Source: an uncultured Bacilli bacterium
Lineage (GTDB): Bacteria > Bacillota_I > Bacilli_A > RF39 > UBA660
Direction of reading: 5' to 3'
Length of the DNA stretch: 64,000 nt
NCBI GenBank assembly: GCA_947624045.1
Contig: CANQIL010000005.1
Coordinates: 149 to 64,148, forward strand
Shown: piece after piece, positions 42,579 through 52,603 of the stretch
How the letters are laid out: each line of letters opens with the position of its first letter
Numbering within the stretch: the first letter of the stretch is position 1
The notes under the pieces: model-generated
The model's database searches: none
Told to the model about the DNA's origin: nothing
Seen by the model: the letters and a program-made list of their open reading frames with translations, nothing else
Made by a program: the position numbers and the translations under genes

Positions 42579-43799
42579 TTATTGATATTTTTCATTTATT
42601 TTTTGGAGTTTTTCGTATATTTCTTTTAATTGCTTTTCATAACCAACATCTTTAGGTGTATAATACTTTTTATTTTTAATTTTATCAGGTAAATATTGTT
42701 GAACTACATAAGCACCTTTATAATCATGAGGATATTTATAATCAGGTGATGATGTTTTTAAATGATTAGGAATATTACCAGTATTACCTTTTTCAATATC
42801 TTCTAAGGCTAAGTCTAAAGCAACATGAGCAGTATTACTTTTAGGGGATAAGGCCATTTCCGTTACAATGGTGCCTAAAGGAATTCTTGCTTCCGGAAAA
42901 CCTACTCGTAAAGCAGCATTAATAGCGGCATCTAATCTAGGTCCAATAGCCGGGTTAGCCAGACCAATATCTTCATAAGCTATTACACTTAGGCGTCTCG
43001 CAATTGATTCAATATCACCTTCTAATATTAATCTAGCTAGATAATGAAGAGAAGCATTTACATCACTACCTCTAATAGACTTTTGTAAACCACTTAACAC
43101 ATCATAGTGTCCATCACCATTTTTATCGGCAAAAAAGACGGGCTTACTATTAATAGTTTTTATTTTTTCTTTAGTAATAGTTTTATCATCAGAAGAAAAG
43201 TAAGCAATTTCTAAAAGATTATAGGCATATCTTAAATCATTTCCTGATATATTCGCAATTACATCAAGAGTAGCATTATCAATCTTTATATTTTTTAAAT
43301 CAGGATGCTTAATGGCTTTTTTAAGGCCTTTCATGATGTCTTCTTTAGTTAACTCGTGTAATTCAAAAAGTTGACATCTACTTCTAATAGCTGGGTTTAT
43401 GGAATGATATGGATTAGCTGTTGTCATACCTATTAAAGTAATTAGGCCACTTTCTAATAGAGGCAGTAAAATATCTTGCTTATCTTTGTTTAGACGATGA
43501 ATCTCGTCCATTATTAAAACTAAGCCATCATACATTTTAGCTTCTTCAATAACAATATCTAAGTCTTTCTTAGTATCAACTGAAGCATTTAAAAAGCGAT
43601 ATCTTACCTTTAAATCATTAACTAAAGCATTCGCAATAGATGTTTTTCCTATACCAGGTTTTCCATATAAAATCATCGAAAAAAGCTTTTTATTTTTAAC
43701 TAAATTACTAAGTATTTTATCTTTACCAATTAAGTGCTCTTGTCCTATTACTTCTTTTAAACTTGTTGGAGCTAGTTTTAAGGCTAAAGGCTTATTCAT
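42579..43799 (-). CDS. rarA: Replication-associated recombination protein A (MgsA/RarA)
   Basis: IGQEHL, GKPGIGKTS, DEIHRLNK, QKSIRGSD, AYEDIGLA, YKYPHDY. Confidence 0.95.
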   Translation of the reverse strand: MNKPLALKLAPTSLKEVIGQEHLIGKDKILSNLVKNKKLFSMILYGKPGIGKTSIANALVNDLKVRYRFLNASVDTKKDLDIVIEEAKMYDGLVLIMDEIHRLNKDKQDILLPLLESGLITLIGMTTANPYHSINPAIRSRCQLFELHELTKEDIMKGLKKAIKHPDLKNIKIDNATLDVIANISGNDLRYAYNLLEIAYFSSDDKTITKEKIKTINSKPVFFADKNGDGHYDVLSGLQKSIRGSDVNASLHYLARLILEGDIESIARRLSVIAYEDIGLANPAIGPRLDAAINAALRVGFPEARIPLGTIVTEMALSPKSNTAHVALDLALEDIEKGNTGNIPNHLKTSSPDYKYPHDYKGAYVVQQYLPDKIKNKKYYTPKDVGYEKQLKEIYEKLQKINEKYQ

Positions 43800-43927
43800 A
43801 GAAAGACCTCCTTTTACTTATTATTTTATCAAATTTATGAAGAAGAAAAAAGTACTCATAAATAAAGAATTACTCAAGTTATTGTTATTTAAGGAAAATG
43901 ATATTATAATTATTATAGATAAGTGAA

Positions 43928-44824
43928 GTGAGATATATGAATTTAAAAGATGCTATCTTTGATTTTATTAATTATTGTATATTTGAAAAAGGCTTATCAG
44001 ATAAGACAAAGGTATCTTATGAAAATGATTTGAAAGTCTATAGAGAGTTCTTAGAAAAAAGGCATATTTATAAGGTTGAGGATATTTCTAGTGATGAAGT
44101 TACGGCTTTTTTAAAGTTACGTTCTAAGGAAGCTACGACAACGGTTGCGCATAATTTGACAGTTATTAAGAATTTTCATAAATACTTATTAAAACAAAAA
44201 ATTGTAACTAAAGATGTTACAGAATTTATTGAAAGGCCTAAGTTAAGAAAGGCTTTGCCAAAGACTTTAAGTATTGAAGATGTCGATAAGCTACTTGATA
44301 TCAAACTAGTAACACCATTTGACTATCGTAATAAGGCTATGTTAGAATTAATGTATGGATGTGGGTTAAGAGTAAGTGAGGTTATTAATTTAACGATAAA
44401 TGATATTGATATTAATAATAGATTTATTCGTATAATGGGTAAAGGTAGTAAGGAGAGAATTGTTCCTTTAGGTGAATACGCTATTAATTATTTAGAAGAG
44501 TATTTGCAAATAAGGGATAGTCTTTTGAAACAAAGAAGTTGTGATAAGTTATTTTTAAATAATCATGGCTTAGCTATGTCTAGACAAGGATTCTTTAAGA
44601 ATTTAAAGAAATTATTGAAAGAAAAAGGTCTTAATCCGGATGTATCACCTCATACTTTAAGGCATTCTTTTGCGACACATCTAATAAATAGGGGAGCTGA
44701 TTTAAGAAGTATTCAAGAGATGCTTGGGCATTCGGATATTTCTACTACTAAGATTTATACAGAAGTTAGTGATACTAAAGTTGTTGAAGATTACAAGAAA
44801 TATCATCCACGTAATAGCAAATAA
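43928..44824 (+). CDS. xerD: Tyrosine recombinase XerD
   Basis: RNKAMLELMYGCGLRVSE, GKGSKERIVP, SPHTLRHSFATHL, LGHSDISTT.IY; upstream of deoB as in Bacillus. Confidence 0.88.
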   Translation: MRYMNLKDAIFDFINYCIFEKGLSDKTKVSYENDLKVYREFLEKRHIYKVEDISSDEVTAFLKLRSKEATTTVAHNLTVIKNFHKYLLKQKIVTKDVTEFIERPKLRKALPKTLSIEDVDKLLDIKLVTPFDYRNKAMLELMYGCGLRVSEVINLTINDIDINNRFIRIMGKGSKERIVPLGEYAINYLEEYLQIRDSLLKQRSCDKLFLNNHGLAMSRQGFFKNLKKLLKEKGLNPDVSPHTLRHSFATHLINRGADLRSIQEMLGHSDISTTKIYTEVSDTKVVEDYKKYHPRNSK

Positions 44825-44838
44825 GGAGATAGAAATTT

Positions 44839-46005
44839 ATGAAATTTAAGAGAATATTTTTAATGGTTTTAGATTCTTTAGGGGTAGGAGAAACAGCTGA
44901 TGCGGTTAACTTCCAAGATAATGGCGCAAATACGCTTAAACATATTAATGAAGCCTGTGATTTATTTATTCCTAATCTAAAGAAGATTGGTTTTTTAGAT
45001 ACTATTAATATGAGTGATAATGCTGATGTGGAAGCTTATTATACGATTGCGAAGCCTATAAATGCCGGAAAAGATACGTTAAATGGTCATTATGAAATGG
45101 TAGGAATAAAAAATGATATTCCTTTTAAGACCTTTAATGATGGTTTTGTTTTTGATATTTTAAATGGCATAGAATTAGTCACAGGACGAAAAGTTATTGG
45201 TAATAAGTGTTGTATTGATGATACTATCATTCAAGAATTAGGGGAAAGACAAATTAATTATGGTTCTTTAATTGTTTATACCTCAGCTGATTCTGATTTA
45301 CAAGTTGCCGCTCATGAAGATAGTATTCCTATTAGTACATTGTATCAATATTGTGAAAAGATTAGAGCTTTGACCTTAGAAGAAGATTGGCGTATCGGCA
45401 GAATTATTGCGAGACCCTTTACAGGAACACCAGGTAAATATAAATTAATTAATAGTGGTAGAAGAGATTACGCTATTAAGCCACCAAAAAGAACGGTATT
45501 AGATAGCTTGCTTGATAATAATTACAATGTTATTGGTATTGGTAAGATTAATGATATTTTTGATGGTCAAGGTATAAATAAGAATATTAAAGCAACTAAT
45601 AATATGGAAGCGATTAGTAAACTTACAGATATAATGGATAAGAAATTTACAGGACTTTGTATGGTTAATTTAGCTGATTTTGATTCTTTATATGGACATA
45701 GACGAGATGTATTAGGTTATGGAAGAGCTATTGAAGAATTAGATGTTGAAATGCCTATTATTTTAAATAAATTGGAGTTAGATGATTTATTAATTATTAC
45801 AGCTGACCATGGTAATGACCCAACATTTAGAGGCAATGACCATACCAGAGAAAATGTTCCTGTTATTATGTATAGTCGTAATTTTAAGGAGCCTAAACGT
45901 CTTAAACCGTTTGAAACTTTTGCAGATATCGGGGCAACAATTGCGGATAATTTTGATGTTGAAGCTCCAGAGATTGGCCAAAGTATTTTAGAAGAATTAA
46001 TATAG
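44839..46005 (+). CDS. deoB: Phosphopentomutase
   Basis: VLDSLGVG, GKDT..GH.E, YTSADS, RIIARPF, YGHRRD, TADHGNDP, DHTRE. Confidence 0.95.
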   Translation: MKFKRIFLMVLDSLGVGETADAVNFQDNGANTLKHINEACDLFIPNLKKIGFLDTINMSDNADVEAYYTIAKPINAGKDTLNGHYEMVGIKNDIPFKTFNDGFVFDILNGIELVTGRKVIGNKCCIDDTIIQELGERQINYGSLIVYTSADSDLQVAAHEDSIPISTLYQYCEKIRALTLEEDWRIGRIIARPFTGTPGKYKLINSGRRDYAIKPPKRTVLDSLLDNNYNVIGIGKINDIFDGQGINKNIKATNNMEAISKLTDIMDKKFTGLCMVNLADFDSLYGHRRDVLGYGRAIEELDVEMPIILNKLELDDLLIITADHGNDPTFRGNDHTRENVPVIMYSRNFKEPKRLKPFETFADIGATIADNFDVEAPEIGQSILEELI

Positions 46006-46044
46006 AGTGGGGGAAGAGTAGAAAAAAAGAGGGCACTTCCCCTC

Positions 46045-46248
46045 TTACATTTCTGAAGTTACTTCATAGACATTGTCAGTTATAGGACCGCCTGTATTTT
46101 CAAAGCTTTGACAAATTGTCTCTTTAGATGTTTGACAATTATTTTTATTGCAAGTACAAGATACTTTGATAGTTTTTAAGCGACAAGTCCCCTCTTCGCT
46201 ATTATTGTAATTGCAACTGTCTACATCACATATAATCTTATCAATCAT
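46045..46248 (-). CDS. DUF1540-like Cys-rich small protein
   Basis: I.CDV.SC.YN..C.L..I.V..ETICQSF. Confidence 0.75.
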   Translation of the reverse strand: MIDKIICDVDSCNYNNSEEGTCRLKTIKVSCTCNKNNCQTSKETICQSFENTGGPITDNVYEVTSEM

Positions 46249-46476
46249 AAATTAACCTCCTATATATAGTTTGGCTAATATTTAGAAAATAATTAAAAAA
46301 CTTTAAATGCATTTTAAGCGATTTTTATTTTAAAAGATGGATAGTTCTTAACCTAAATTTCTTAAAATGCATTTTTTTTTGCTAAATTAAAGTAGGGGGA
46401 GTATTGTTATTAAAGAATAGTTATTTATTTAGATTAAGTAATAGTATTATTAATAATATAGTTATTATTTTATAGA

Positions 46477-46504
46477 AGTTAACATAATATCAATTATAGG
46501 AAGC
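46477..46504 (-). other. dif site (Xer recombination, replication terminus)
   Basis: Minus strand GCTTCCTATAA-TTGATA-TTATGTTAACT versus B. subtilis dif ACTTCCTAGAA-TATATA-TTATGTAAACT; gene orientation flips here. Confidence 0.88.
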
Positions 46505-46602
46505 TGTTAGTATAAGTAAAAAGCCTTATAATATAAAGGTTTTAAACTTATAAGTTAACAATAATTCTAGATAATTATCTTATAAGTTTTAAATTTTTAA
46601 TA

Positions 46603-48639
46603 TTAAGGTGTTAAAACTAACCGTGAAGTTGCATAAGTCACAGAATGACCTTCTCCTGCAGCTGAGTGAAATATTCCTGAAGTTGTAGAGTCATCATAAT
46701 AGCTTCCTCTTAAGGACCAAGGACGCTCATTGTATATAAATCCTGGATTATCATTATACCAACTTGCTGTTTCTGATAATGCTTGTCCATAACATATACT
46801 ATTATTACAAGCTTTAGCTGAATTAATAAGATATGAATTGCTTGGTATTGTTTCTTTGGTAGTGCCAACTTTATATAAGTTATAATATTTTTCTTCTGGA
46901 AATTTTATAGCTGGATTATTTGTATAATCAGGATAATTACCATTTTCATATATTTTTCCTTTAAATCCTGAATTATTTGTTGTTGAGTAACCGCTCAACG
47001 GTGTATATGGATATTCATAGTAAGCTAATACTCCCATTGTCCTATCCCAAGCTCCTCCACTCATATCGTATATTCCATAAATATTTCCTGTTGTTGAAGC
47101 TCCAGGTCCAGCTTGACCTTGCCCTTCACCTAAATTAGTCATATCATTATAAGCATATGTTGTTGCTGAACTACTAGCGTTTGGACTGCCCCCACTTTTT
47201 CCAGTTATGTAAAAACTATTATTTATAAATATTTCTTTATTCAAACCAGTATAATCACCATTTCCATATTTACCATACTTACTTTGGGATAAGTAAGCCA
47301 CTGCTCCCCATTCATCATTTTTCATTGTATGTAAGTCACCAATATTTTTATTAAATCCATAAGTACTTGCATTATTTAACTGCATACTTCTTGCCATATA
47401 GAAATAACTACTTACTGTTTGACTTCTAAGTGATGATAACTCTGGTTTTATTGTAACTTTACTTGTATCACATAATTCATTTATGCAAGCTTGGTCATTA
47501 GTTAATAAGCTTCCAGTAGGTTCAAATTTGCCGACCCATATTCCACTTTTCTTATCTCCTCCAAAGTCAAAAGCCTCGTTGGTACGCCAATTGGTTGGGG
47601 TATTTCCTGTATATTGAGCTGTCCCTGTTTCTGTTACTTTTGAAATAAACTTTATATCTATTTCTCCTGGTAAAAGAGCCGTTGGACTAGGATTTTCAAA
47701 ACTGGCTTTGCCAAAGTAATTTGTTCTGTCTTCACTTTTTATTGTATAACTATATCTTGGTATCCATACCCACATTGTATTTATATCTTTCATATCAATT
47801 GGAGTTCCAACAGGCTCTTTTTTTATTTCTTCTCTTACATCAGAAGTAACTGTTATAGCATTGGCCCATTTTTGATTATTATAATCATACCAATTATTGC
47901 TTTCATTATTTATATCGGCTTTCTTCCACTCACCTGTTGTTGTACTAGTTGCTTCATAATAAACTGGTATCATATCTCCATTTAACTCTGGTGGATTTGG
48001 TATATTATCTAGGCTCGAACCGCTTTGCCCTTCACTTTCTTTTTCAGATAAGCTTTCAAAAATAAAACCCCTATCTAAGCCTCCTAACTTAACAGGACTT
48101 TTAGGAATAGCATCAGCACTATGTTTAAAGGTTACTCTTAAAGTTATTGTTATACTATTGTCTGCTTTTAATAATTCAATATTTGAAAAATCAGTATTGC
48201 CATTTATTTGAGTAGTACCATAATTCACTTCATATATTACATTTTTTTGTAATAATTCTTGGTCACTTAATGCTGTTTTACCACTACCAACAAAGGTTAA
48301 ATTAGAACTTTTTCCTGTTACATCTACTAATTTAGCGGAAATATTTCCGGTATTTTTTACGGGTATACTAAAAGTACAAGAATCTCCTGGTTTAGTAAAT
48401 TCGACACTCATTCCGGAAATACTAGTTCCCTCAATATTTCCTAAACTACACTTAGCCATTCCTGTTTCAGTTTTATTAATTTCTTCTTCTAAAAATATTA
48501 CGTCCCACGTATTAGCTGGAACTTTAGCTGTTCCGGTTATATTTAATCTTGTTGACAATAAAGCATAGCCAATAGATAAGCCTAAGACTGCCACGCAAAG
48601 ACAAGCTATTATAATTAATTTAGTTTTTCTACTATTCAT
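46603..48639 (-). CDS. Secreted TasA-like + CLec protein (copy 3)
   Basis: MNSRKTKLIIIACLCVAVLGLSIGYA identical to copy 1; GNIYGIYDMSGGAWD; tail PWSLRGS..SGIF..SRLVLTP. Confidence 0.8.
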   Translation of the reverse strand: MNSRKTKLIIIACLCVAVLGLSIGYALLSTRLNITGTAKVPANTWDVIFLEEEINKTETGMAKCSLGNIEGTSISGMSVEFTKPGDSCTFSIPVKNTGNISAKLVDVTGKSSNLTFVGSGKTALSDQELLQKNVIYEVNYGTTQINGNTDFSNIELLKADNSITITLRVTFKHSADAIPKSPVKLGGLDRGFIFESLSEKESEGQSGSSLDNIPNPPELNGDMIPVYYEATSTTTGEWKKADINNESNNWYDYNNQKWANAITVTSDVREEIKKEPVGTPIDMKDINTMWVWIPRYSYTIKSEDRTNYFGKASFENPSPTALLPGEIDIKFISKVTETGTAQYTGNTPTNWRTNEAFDFGGDKKSGIWVGKFEPTGSLLTNDQACINELCDTSKVTIKPELSSLRSQTVSSYFYMARSMQLNNASTYGFNKNIGDLHTMKNDEWGAVAYLSQSKYGKYGNGDYTGLNKEIFINNSFYITGKSGGSPNASSSATTYAYNDMTNLGEGQGQAGPGASTTGNIYGIYDMSGGAWDRTMGVLAYYEYPYTPLSGYSTTNNSGFKGKIYENGNYPDYTNNPAIKFPEEKYYNLYKVGTTKETIPSNSYLINSAKACNNSICYGQALSETASWYNDNPGFIYNERPWSLRGSYYDDSTTSGIFHSAAGEGHSVTYATSRLVLTP

Positions 48640-48656
48640 ACTTATCGCCCTTTCAT

Positions 48657-48712
48657 TATGTGCTTTGCACATATTATATTATAAATATATACGTAAAACA
48701 CATAAAAGTCAA
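48657..48712 (-). promoter_or_regulatory. Promoter plus two operators (cassette 3)
   Basis: Minus strand TTGACT-17-TATATT; perfect palindrome TATGTGC-TTT-GCACATA (48657-48673) and a degenerate copy at 48688-48704. Confidence 0.7.
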
Positions 48713-48747
48713 TAAGTCATTTATAAATATTATAAAATATGTAAAAG

Positions 48748-48972
48748 GTGATGTTGATGAGAATTAAAGATTTAAGAGAGGATAATGACTTACCTCAAAA
48801 GAATGTTGCCGATGTCTTAGGAATAACTCAAGCTCATTACTCGAGAATTGAACGAGGTATTTATCAACTTTCTTATGAAGAACTAAAAAAATTAGCTTTA
48901 TTTTATAATACAAGTATTGATTATATATTAGATTTAACTAATATAAAAGAGCCCTACCCTAGAAAAAAATAG
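48748..48972 (+). CDS. XRE HTH repressor (cassette 3)
   Basis: MRIKDLREDNDLPQKNVADVLGITQAHYSRIERG..LALFYNTSIDYIL. Confidence 0.92.
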   Translation: MMLMRIKDLREDNDLPQKNVADVLGITQAHYSRIERGIYQLSYEELKKLALFYNTSIDYILDLTNIKEPYPRKK

Positions 48973-49022
48973 ACAATAAAAAACTATTGATGTGATATCA
49001 GTAGTTTTTAATTTAATTTTTT

Positions 49023-49790
49023 TTATACTTTACGAGACTGAATCTCGGCTATTTTTTCAAATACTTCTTTAGCATTATCTTCATTTATTTCTGTAAAACC
49101 TAACTCTTTTAAAGCTTGTACTTTAACAGTATTAAGTTCTTGAGTACGAGATAATTTTTCTTCTTTCTTTTGCTCAATATTTTGAACAAATCTTTTATGA
49201 GACTCACCTAGTTTATTTTTAGAAGCACCACCATTATTATATAGTGTCATAGCACTAAAGATAATACTTTCAAAAATAAATTGCTTATCCTTATTAAAAG
49301 TAAACTCCATTGGGTCGGTAAAACCTAATGACTTAGACATATAAGCTAAGATATACTTTAATTCTTCAGTTGTCTCCATTGATTGTAAAAAATGATAAAG
49401 ATAAAGTAAAGTATTATAAGACTCCTTTGTTTTATCATTAGAAAGCTTTTCTTTTAAAATATTAATAATTTCTGATAAAAGCTCTTGTTCTTTCTTATTA
49501 AAGCCCTTTAAATCAGCTAATACTTCTTTATTAGAAATATCTTTTACTCCTTCATTTAAGCGATTTTCTACTTCAATAATATATTCGCCTGTTACTTTAA
49601 TATTGACTAATTCACCTATGCTTTCAACATTTAATAAACTTAAAAGTTTAGCAGCTTTTTCTTTAGGCCAATCACTAATATTATCAATTGCTAGATAATT
49701 ATAAAGCATTTGTCTTGATACACCCAAATATTTAGCTAAACGTACCTTGCTTATTCCTAATTCGGCAAGCTTCTTGTTTAATTCTTTCAT
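49023..49790 (-). CDS. N-terminal HTH protein of unknown function
   Basis: LAELGISKVRLAKYLGVSRQMLYNYL; promoter TTGATT-17-TATAAT overlapped by GTGTAAAT direct repeats (49824, 49838). Confidence 0.7.
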   Translation of the reverse strand: MKELNKKLAELGISKVRLAKYLGVSRQMLYNYLAIDNISDWPKEKAAKLLSLLNVESIGELVNIKVTGEYIIEVENRLNEGVKDISNKEVLADLKGFNKKEQELLSEIINILKEKLSNDKTKESYNTLLYLYHFLQSMETTEELKYILAYMSKSLGFTDPMEFTFNKDKQFIFESIIFSAMTLYNNGGASKNKLGESHKRFVQNIEQKKEEKLSRTQELNTVKVQALKELGFTEINEDNAKEVFEKIAEIQSRKV

Positions 49791-49876
49791 GTTTACCCTC
49801 CTAATATAATTATAGATAATTAGGTGTAAATAATCAAGTGTAAATTGACAGTTTTTGCAAAAAATCTAGAAAAAAT

Positions 49877-50479
49877 CTAGAAATAAATTATTTTAATTAT
49901 TTTAGGTATTAAAAAAGTCTCTAAAATACTAGAAAGTAAAGCAACTACTAAAAAAATAATTAATATTTTTAAATATCTTTTAACAATAACTCTCCTATTA
50001 TATTCTTTCTTACGAAAAAAATAATTAAAAAGCATTATAGAAAAACTTAAAGCATAGTAAGTTAAAAAGAAACAGCTAATTAAATTAATAAGCATAGGAA
50101 TACTATAAATAAGAGCAAATAAAACACCCTTTAGACCTAAGTTATAAATAATACTAGTAATAGTAAAACTAAAAAGAAAACACTTAAAAAGATATATTAA
50201 AAAAATAAAAACAATACCTATTAAAGAAATACCTAATAGCCAAATAATTAAGTTAGTTAAAGTATTACTAGTAGTTGTCCTAATAAATGTAGTTTGATAC
50301 TTTACAGTATTATTTTTAACGGCGTTTAAATAGTTATTAGTATTTTCTTTAATAAGAAGTTTATTATCATTATTTAAAACTGTGATATAGAAAAAACCTA
50401 ATAGACCAAAGATTAAAGCAACTATTATAAGTAGAGTTAATAGTTTATTAATTTTTAATTTTTGTAATATTTTTTTCAT
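49877..50479 (-). CDS. SpoIIM-like membrane protein
   Basis: Multi-TM protein; IWLLGISLIG..K.F..FTI, SSILETFLIP pattern typical of SpoIIM. Confidence 0.6.
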   Translation of the reverse strand: MKKILQKLKINKLLTLLIIVALIFGLLGFFYITVLNNDNKLLIKENTNNYLNAVKNNTVKYQTTFIRTTTSNTLTNLIIWLLGISLIGIVFIFLIYLFKCFLFSFTITSIIYNLGLKGVLFALIYSIPMLINLISCFFLTYYALSFSIMLFNYFFRKKEYNRRVIVKRYLKILIIFLVVALLSSILETFLIPKIIKIIYF

Positions 50480-50581
50480 ATCATCACCTACTTAATCATA
50501 TTATTAGAAAACTAAGATTAGACATTAAAGTAATTTACTTTTTATGACAAATATTTTATAATTAGTTAGAGGTGAATAGTT

Positions 50582-50668
50582 TTGAGTGATAAAGTAATAA
50601 AAGTAGTAGCAATTATAATGGTAATTGCTATGATAGCGGGTTTTTTGAGCGTTTTGTTATTCATATAA
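50582..50668 (+). CDS. 28-aa single-TM small protein (Prli42/DUF4044-like), absent from the ORF track
   Basis: RBS GAGGTG, TTG start, MSDKVIKVVAIIMVIAMIAGFLSVLLFI*. Confidence 0.6.
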   Translation: MSDKVIKVVAIIMVIAMIAGFLSVLLFI

Positions 50669-50679
50669 ATAAGAAAGCA

Positions 50680-51000
50680 TTATTTGCTTTCTTTATTTAT
50701 ATACCCCTCTATTTCAGGTACTATCATATTTTTATCATCTAAATCAAAATTATATTTATTAACGATATCATTTATTCTTTTATTATCTTTGGCTAAATAA
50801 AGCATTAATAAGCCAGCTATACGATTTTTAGTATATTGATTCAATTGAATTAAGTCTTTATTATCAATTTTATATTTACGAGCAATATCTAATATTGGTC
50901 CATAACCATATAAGTAATTAGTTAAAGAATTACTTATAGTATCAATATCTTTATTTTTATCGGTAATATGTATTTTAGTCCAAATCTTCATAGTTAACAC
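50680..51000 (-). CDS. Hypothetical protein
   Basis: 106-aa ORF; no motif recognised. Confidence 0.6.
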   Translation of the reverse strand: MLTMKIWTKIHITDKNKDIDTISNSLTNYLYGYGPILDIARKYKIDNKDLIQLNQYTKNRIAGLLMLYLAKDNKRINDIVNKYNFDLDDKNMIVPEIEGYINKESK

Positions 51001-51059
51001 TTCCCTATGGCTTAATATAATACCATAAAGAATAAAAAAAATAAAGCTATTATGTTGCT

Positions 51060-51584
51060 TTATTTTAAATAAGTGTTATTTTCTTTTTCATACTTTAAAG
51101 TTGTTTCTTCATTATGACCAGGATATAGTTTTATATCATCAGGATATGTTAAAATTTTCTTTATACTCTCTTGCATTTCTGCATCACTGCCTCCTGGTAA
51201 GTCAGTTCTACCAATACTTTCTTTAAAAAGAAAATCACCATCAAACATAACTTTTTCATCTTCAAAGTAAAAGCTAACGGAATCTTTGGAATGACCTGGA
51301 GTATAAATACACTTAAACTTAAAACTACCAACTGCATATTCTTTCTCTTCTAGATTGCTTTTTTTAAATATTTTAATACTTCTTTTAGTAAGAAAATTTC
51401 TTAAAGCACCTATATGGTCAAAATGCGAATGAGTAATTAAAACAGCTAAGACTTTAGCTTCCCCAATTTGTTCTTTTATTTTCGGAAAGTCATCACCTGG
51501 GTCAATTACTAAACATTCTTTATTATTAACTAAAACATAACAATTTTCATCTAAATAACCAGTAACAATTTTTTTAATTTCCAT
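51060..51584 (-). CDS. MBL-fold metallo-hydrolase (glyoxalase II-like)
   Basis: THSHFDHIG, TPGHS, GDFLF..IGRTDL, YPGH. Confidence 0.93.
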   Translation of the reverse strand: MEIKKIVTGYLDENCYVLVNNKECLVIDPGDDFPKIKEQIGEAKVLAVLITHSHFDHIGALRNFLTKRSIKIFKKSNLEEKEYAVGSFKFKCIYTPGHSKDSVSFYFEDEKVMFDGDFLFKESIGRTDLPGGSDAEMQESIKKILTYPDDIKLYPGHNEETTLKYEKENNTYLK

Positions 51585-51597
51585 CTTTTACACCCAC

Positions 51598-52542
51598 TTA
51601 ATATTTTTCTACGTATTCTTTACTAATATAAATATAGTTATAATTAGTATCTAATTTAAAAGTATATTGATAAGTTCCACTCCGTAAATTAGCAGGAACT
51701 TCAGCATTTTGATTGCCAATATATTTAACATTTTCTGTTAGAGTAATATAATTACCGTAACTCTTAGCTTCCGTTAGTGTTTTCTCAGCTCTAAAAATTG
51801 TAGCTGACTGTTCTTGACAATAGCCTTTAACAAATTCACCTCTTTTAGCAATATATTGATAACCACCCATACAGTTTTTACCTATTTGGACATTACCTAA
51901 AGGTATATTATTATTTTCACCAAAAAGCTTATTTAATTCTAACTTCATTGTTTCTTCCTTAAAGGCCATTGGCATAAAAGTTTCAATCTGAGGACAAGTA
52001 TAAGGCTCCATGACTGTATTACTAAATAAATTACAATTAGATTCATATATTTTATCTTCAGCAATTTGCCTATAAGCTAAATATAATTTCATAGCGTTAT
52101 CAAAATTTACAGATGCTAAATCTTCTCTTATATTAGTTTTAACTTTATTGTATAAATCTTGAACTAGTGTTGAATTTATATCTAATTTAGTTTCTTCTTT
52201 ATAGCCAACAGGACTACATTCAAAACTTAATCTAGCTACATCTGCCTTATTTTTTTGCATTAAAAAGACTACAGCACCAATTAATATTAATATAATAACT
52301 ATTAAAATTGGGACATAATTAAATTTCTTTTTAGTTACTTCTTTAGGTTTTTCTTCAGCTGTTTTTTGAGGAACTACCCCTATAGGTTGACCATTTACAA
52401 TTTGTGTTGTTGGAACATTGACGCTTTGCGTGATAACTGGTTGTGGTTGATTGTCAGCATTTTGTAAATGTGGATTTACTGTATTTTGTTGTGTACCATT
52501 ATTTGGATTGTTTGGTGTAACCCCATTATTCATTCTTCTCAC
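51598..52542 (-). CDS. Membrane-anchored hypothetical protein with Q/N/P-rich N-terminus
   Basis: Low-complexity N-terminus, TM VPILIVIILILIGAVVFLM, Cys-containing ectodomain. Confidence 0.7.
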   Translation of the reverse strand: MRRMNNGVTPNNPNNGTQQNTVNPHLQNADNQPQPVITQSVNVPTTQIVNGQPIGVVPQKTAEEKPKEVTKKKFNYVPILIVIILILIGAVVFLMQKNKADVARLSFECSPVGYKEETKLDINSTLVQDLYNKVKTNIREDLASVNFDNAMKLYLAYRQIAEDKIYESNCNLFSNTVMEPYTCPQIETFMPMAFKEETMKLELNKLFGENNNIPLGNVQIGKNCMGGYQYIAKRGEFVKGYCQEQSATIFRAEKTLTEAKSYGNYITLTENVKYIGNQNAEVPANLRSGTYQYTFKLDTNYNYIYISKEYVEKY

Positions 52543-52603
52543 CTATCCTACTATATAGATTTTAATATATTTTTGACTTTTTTACAATAGAAAAGAAGAA
52601 AAA

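Noticed and set aside
43928-44824. Prophage or ICE integrase
   Set aside because: Size, motifs and xerD-deoB synteny indicate the housekeeping recombinase; no phage genes are nearby.
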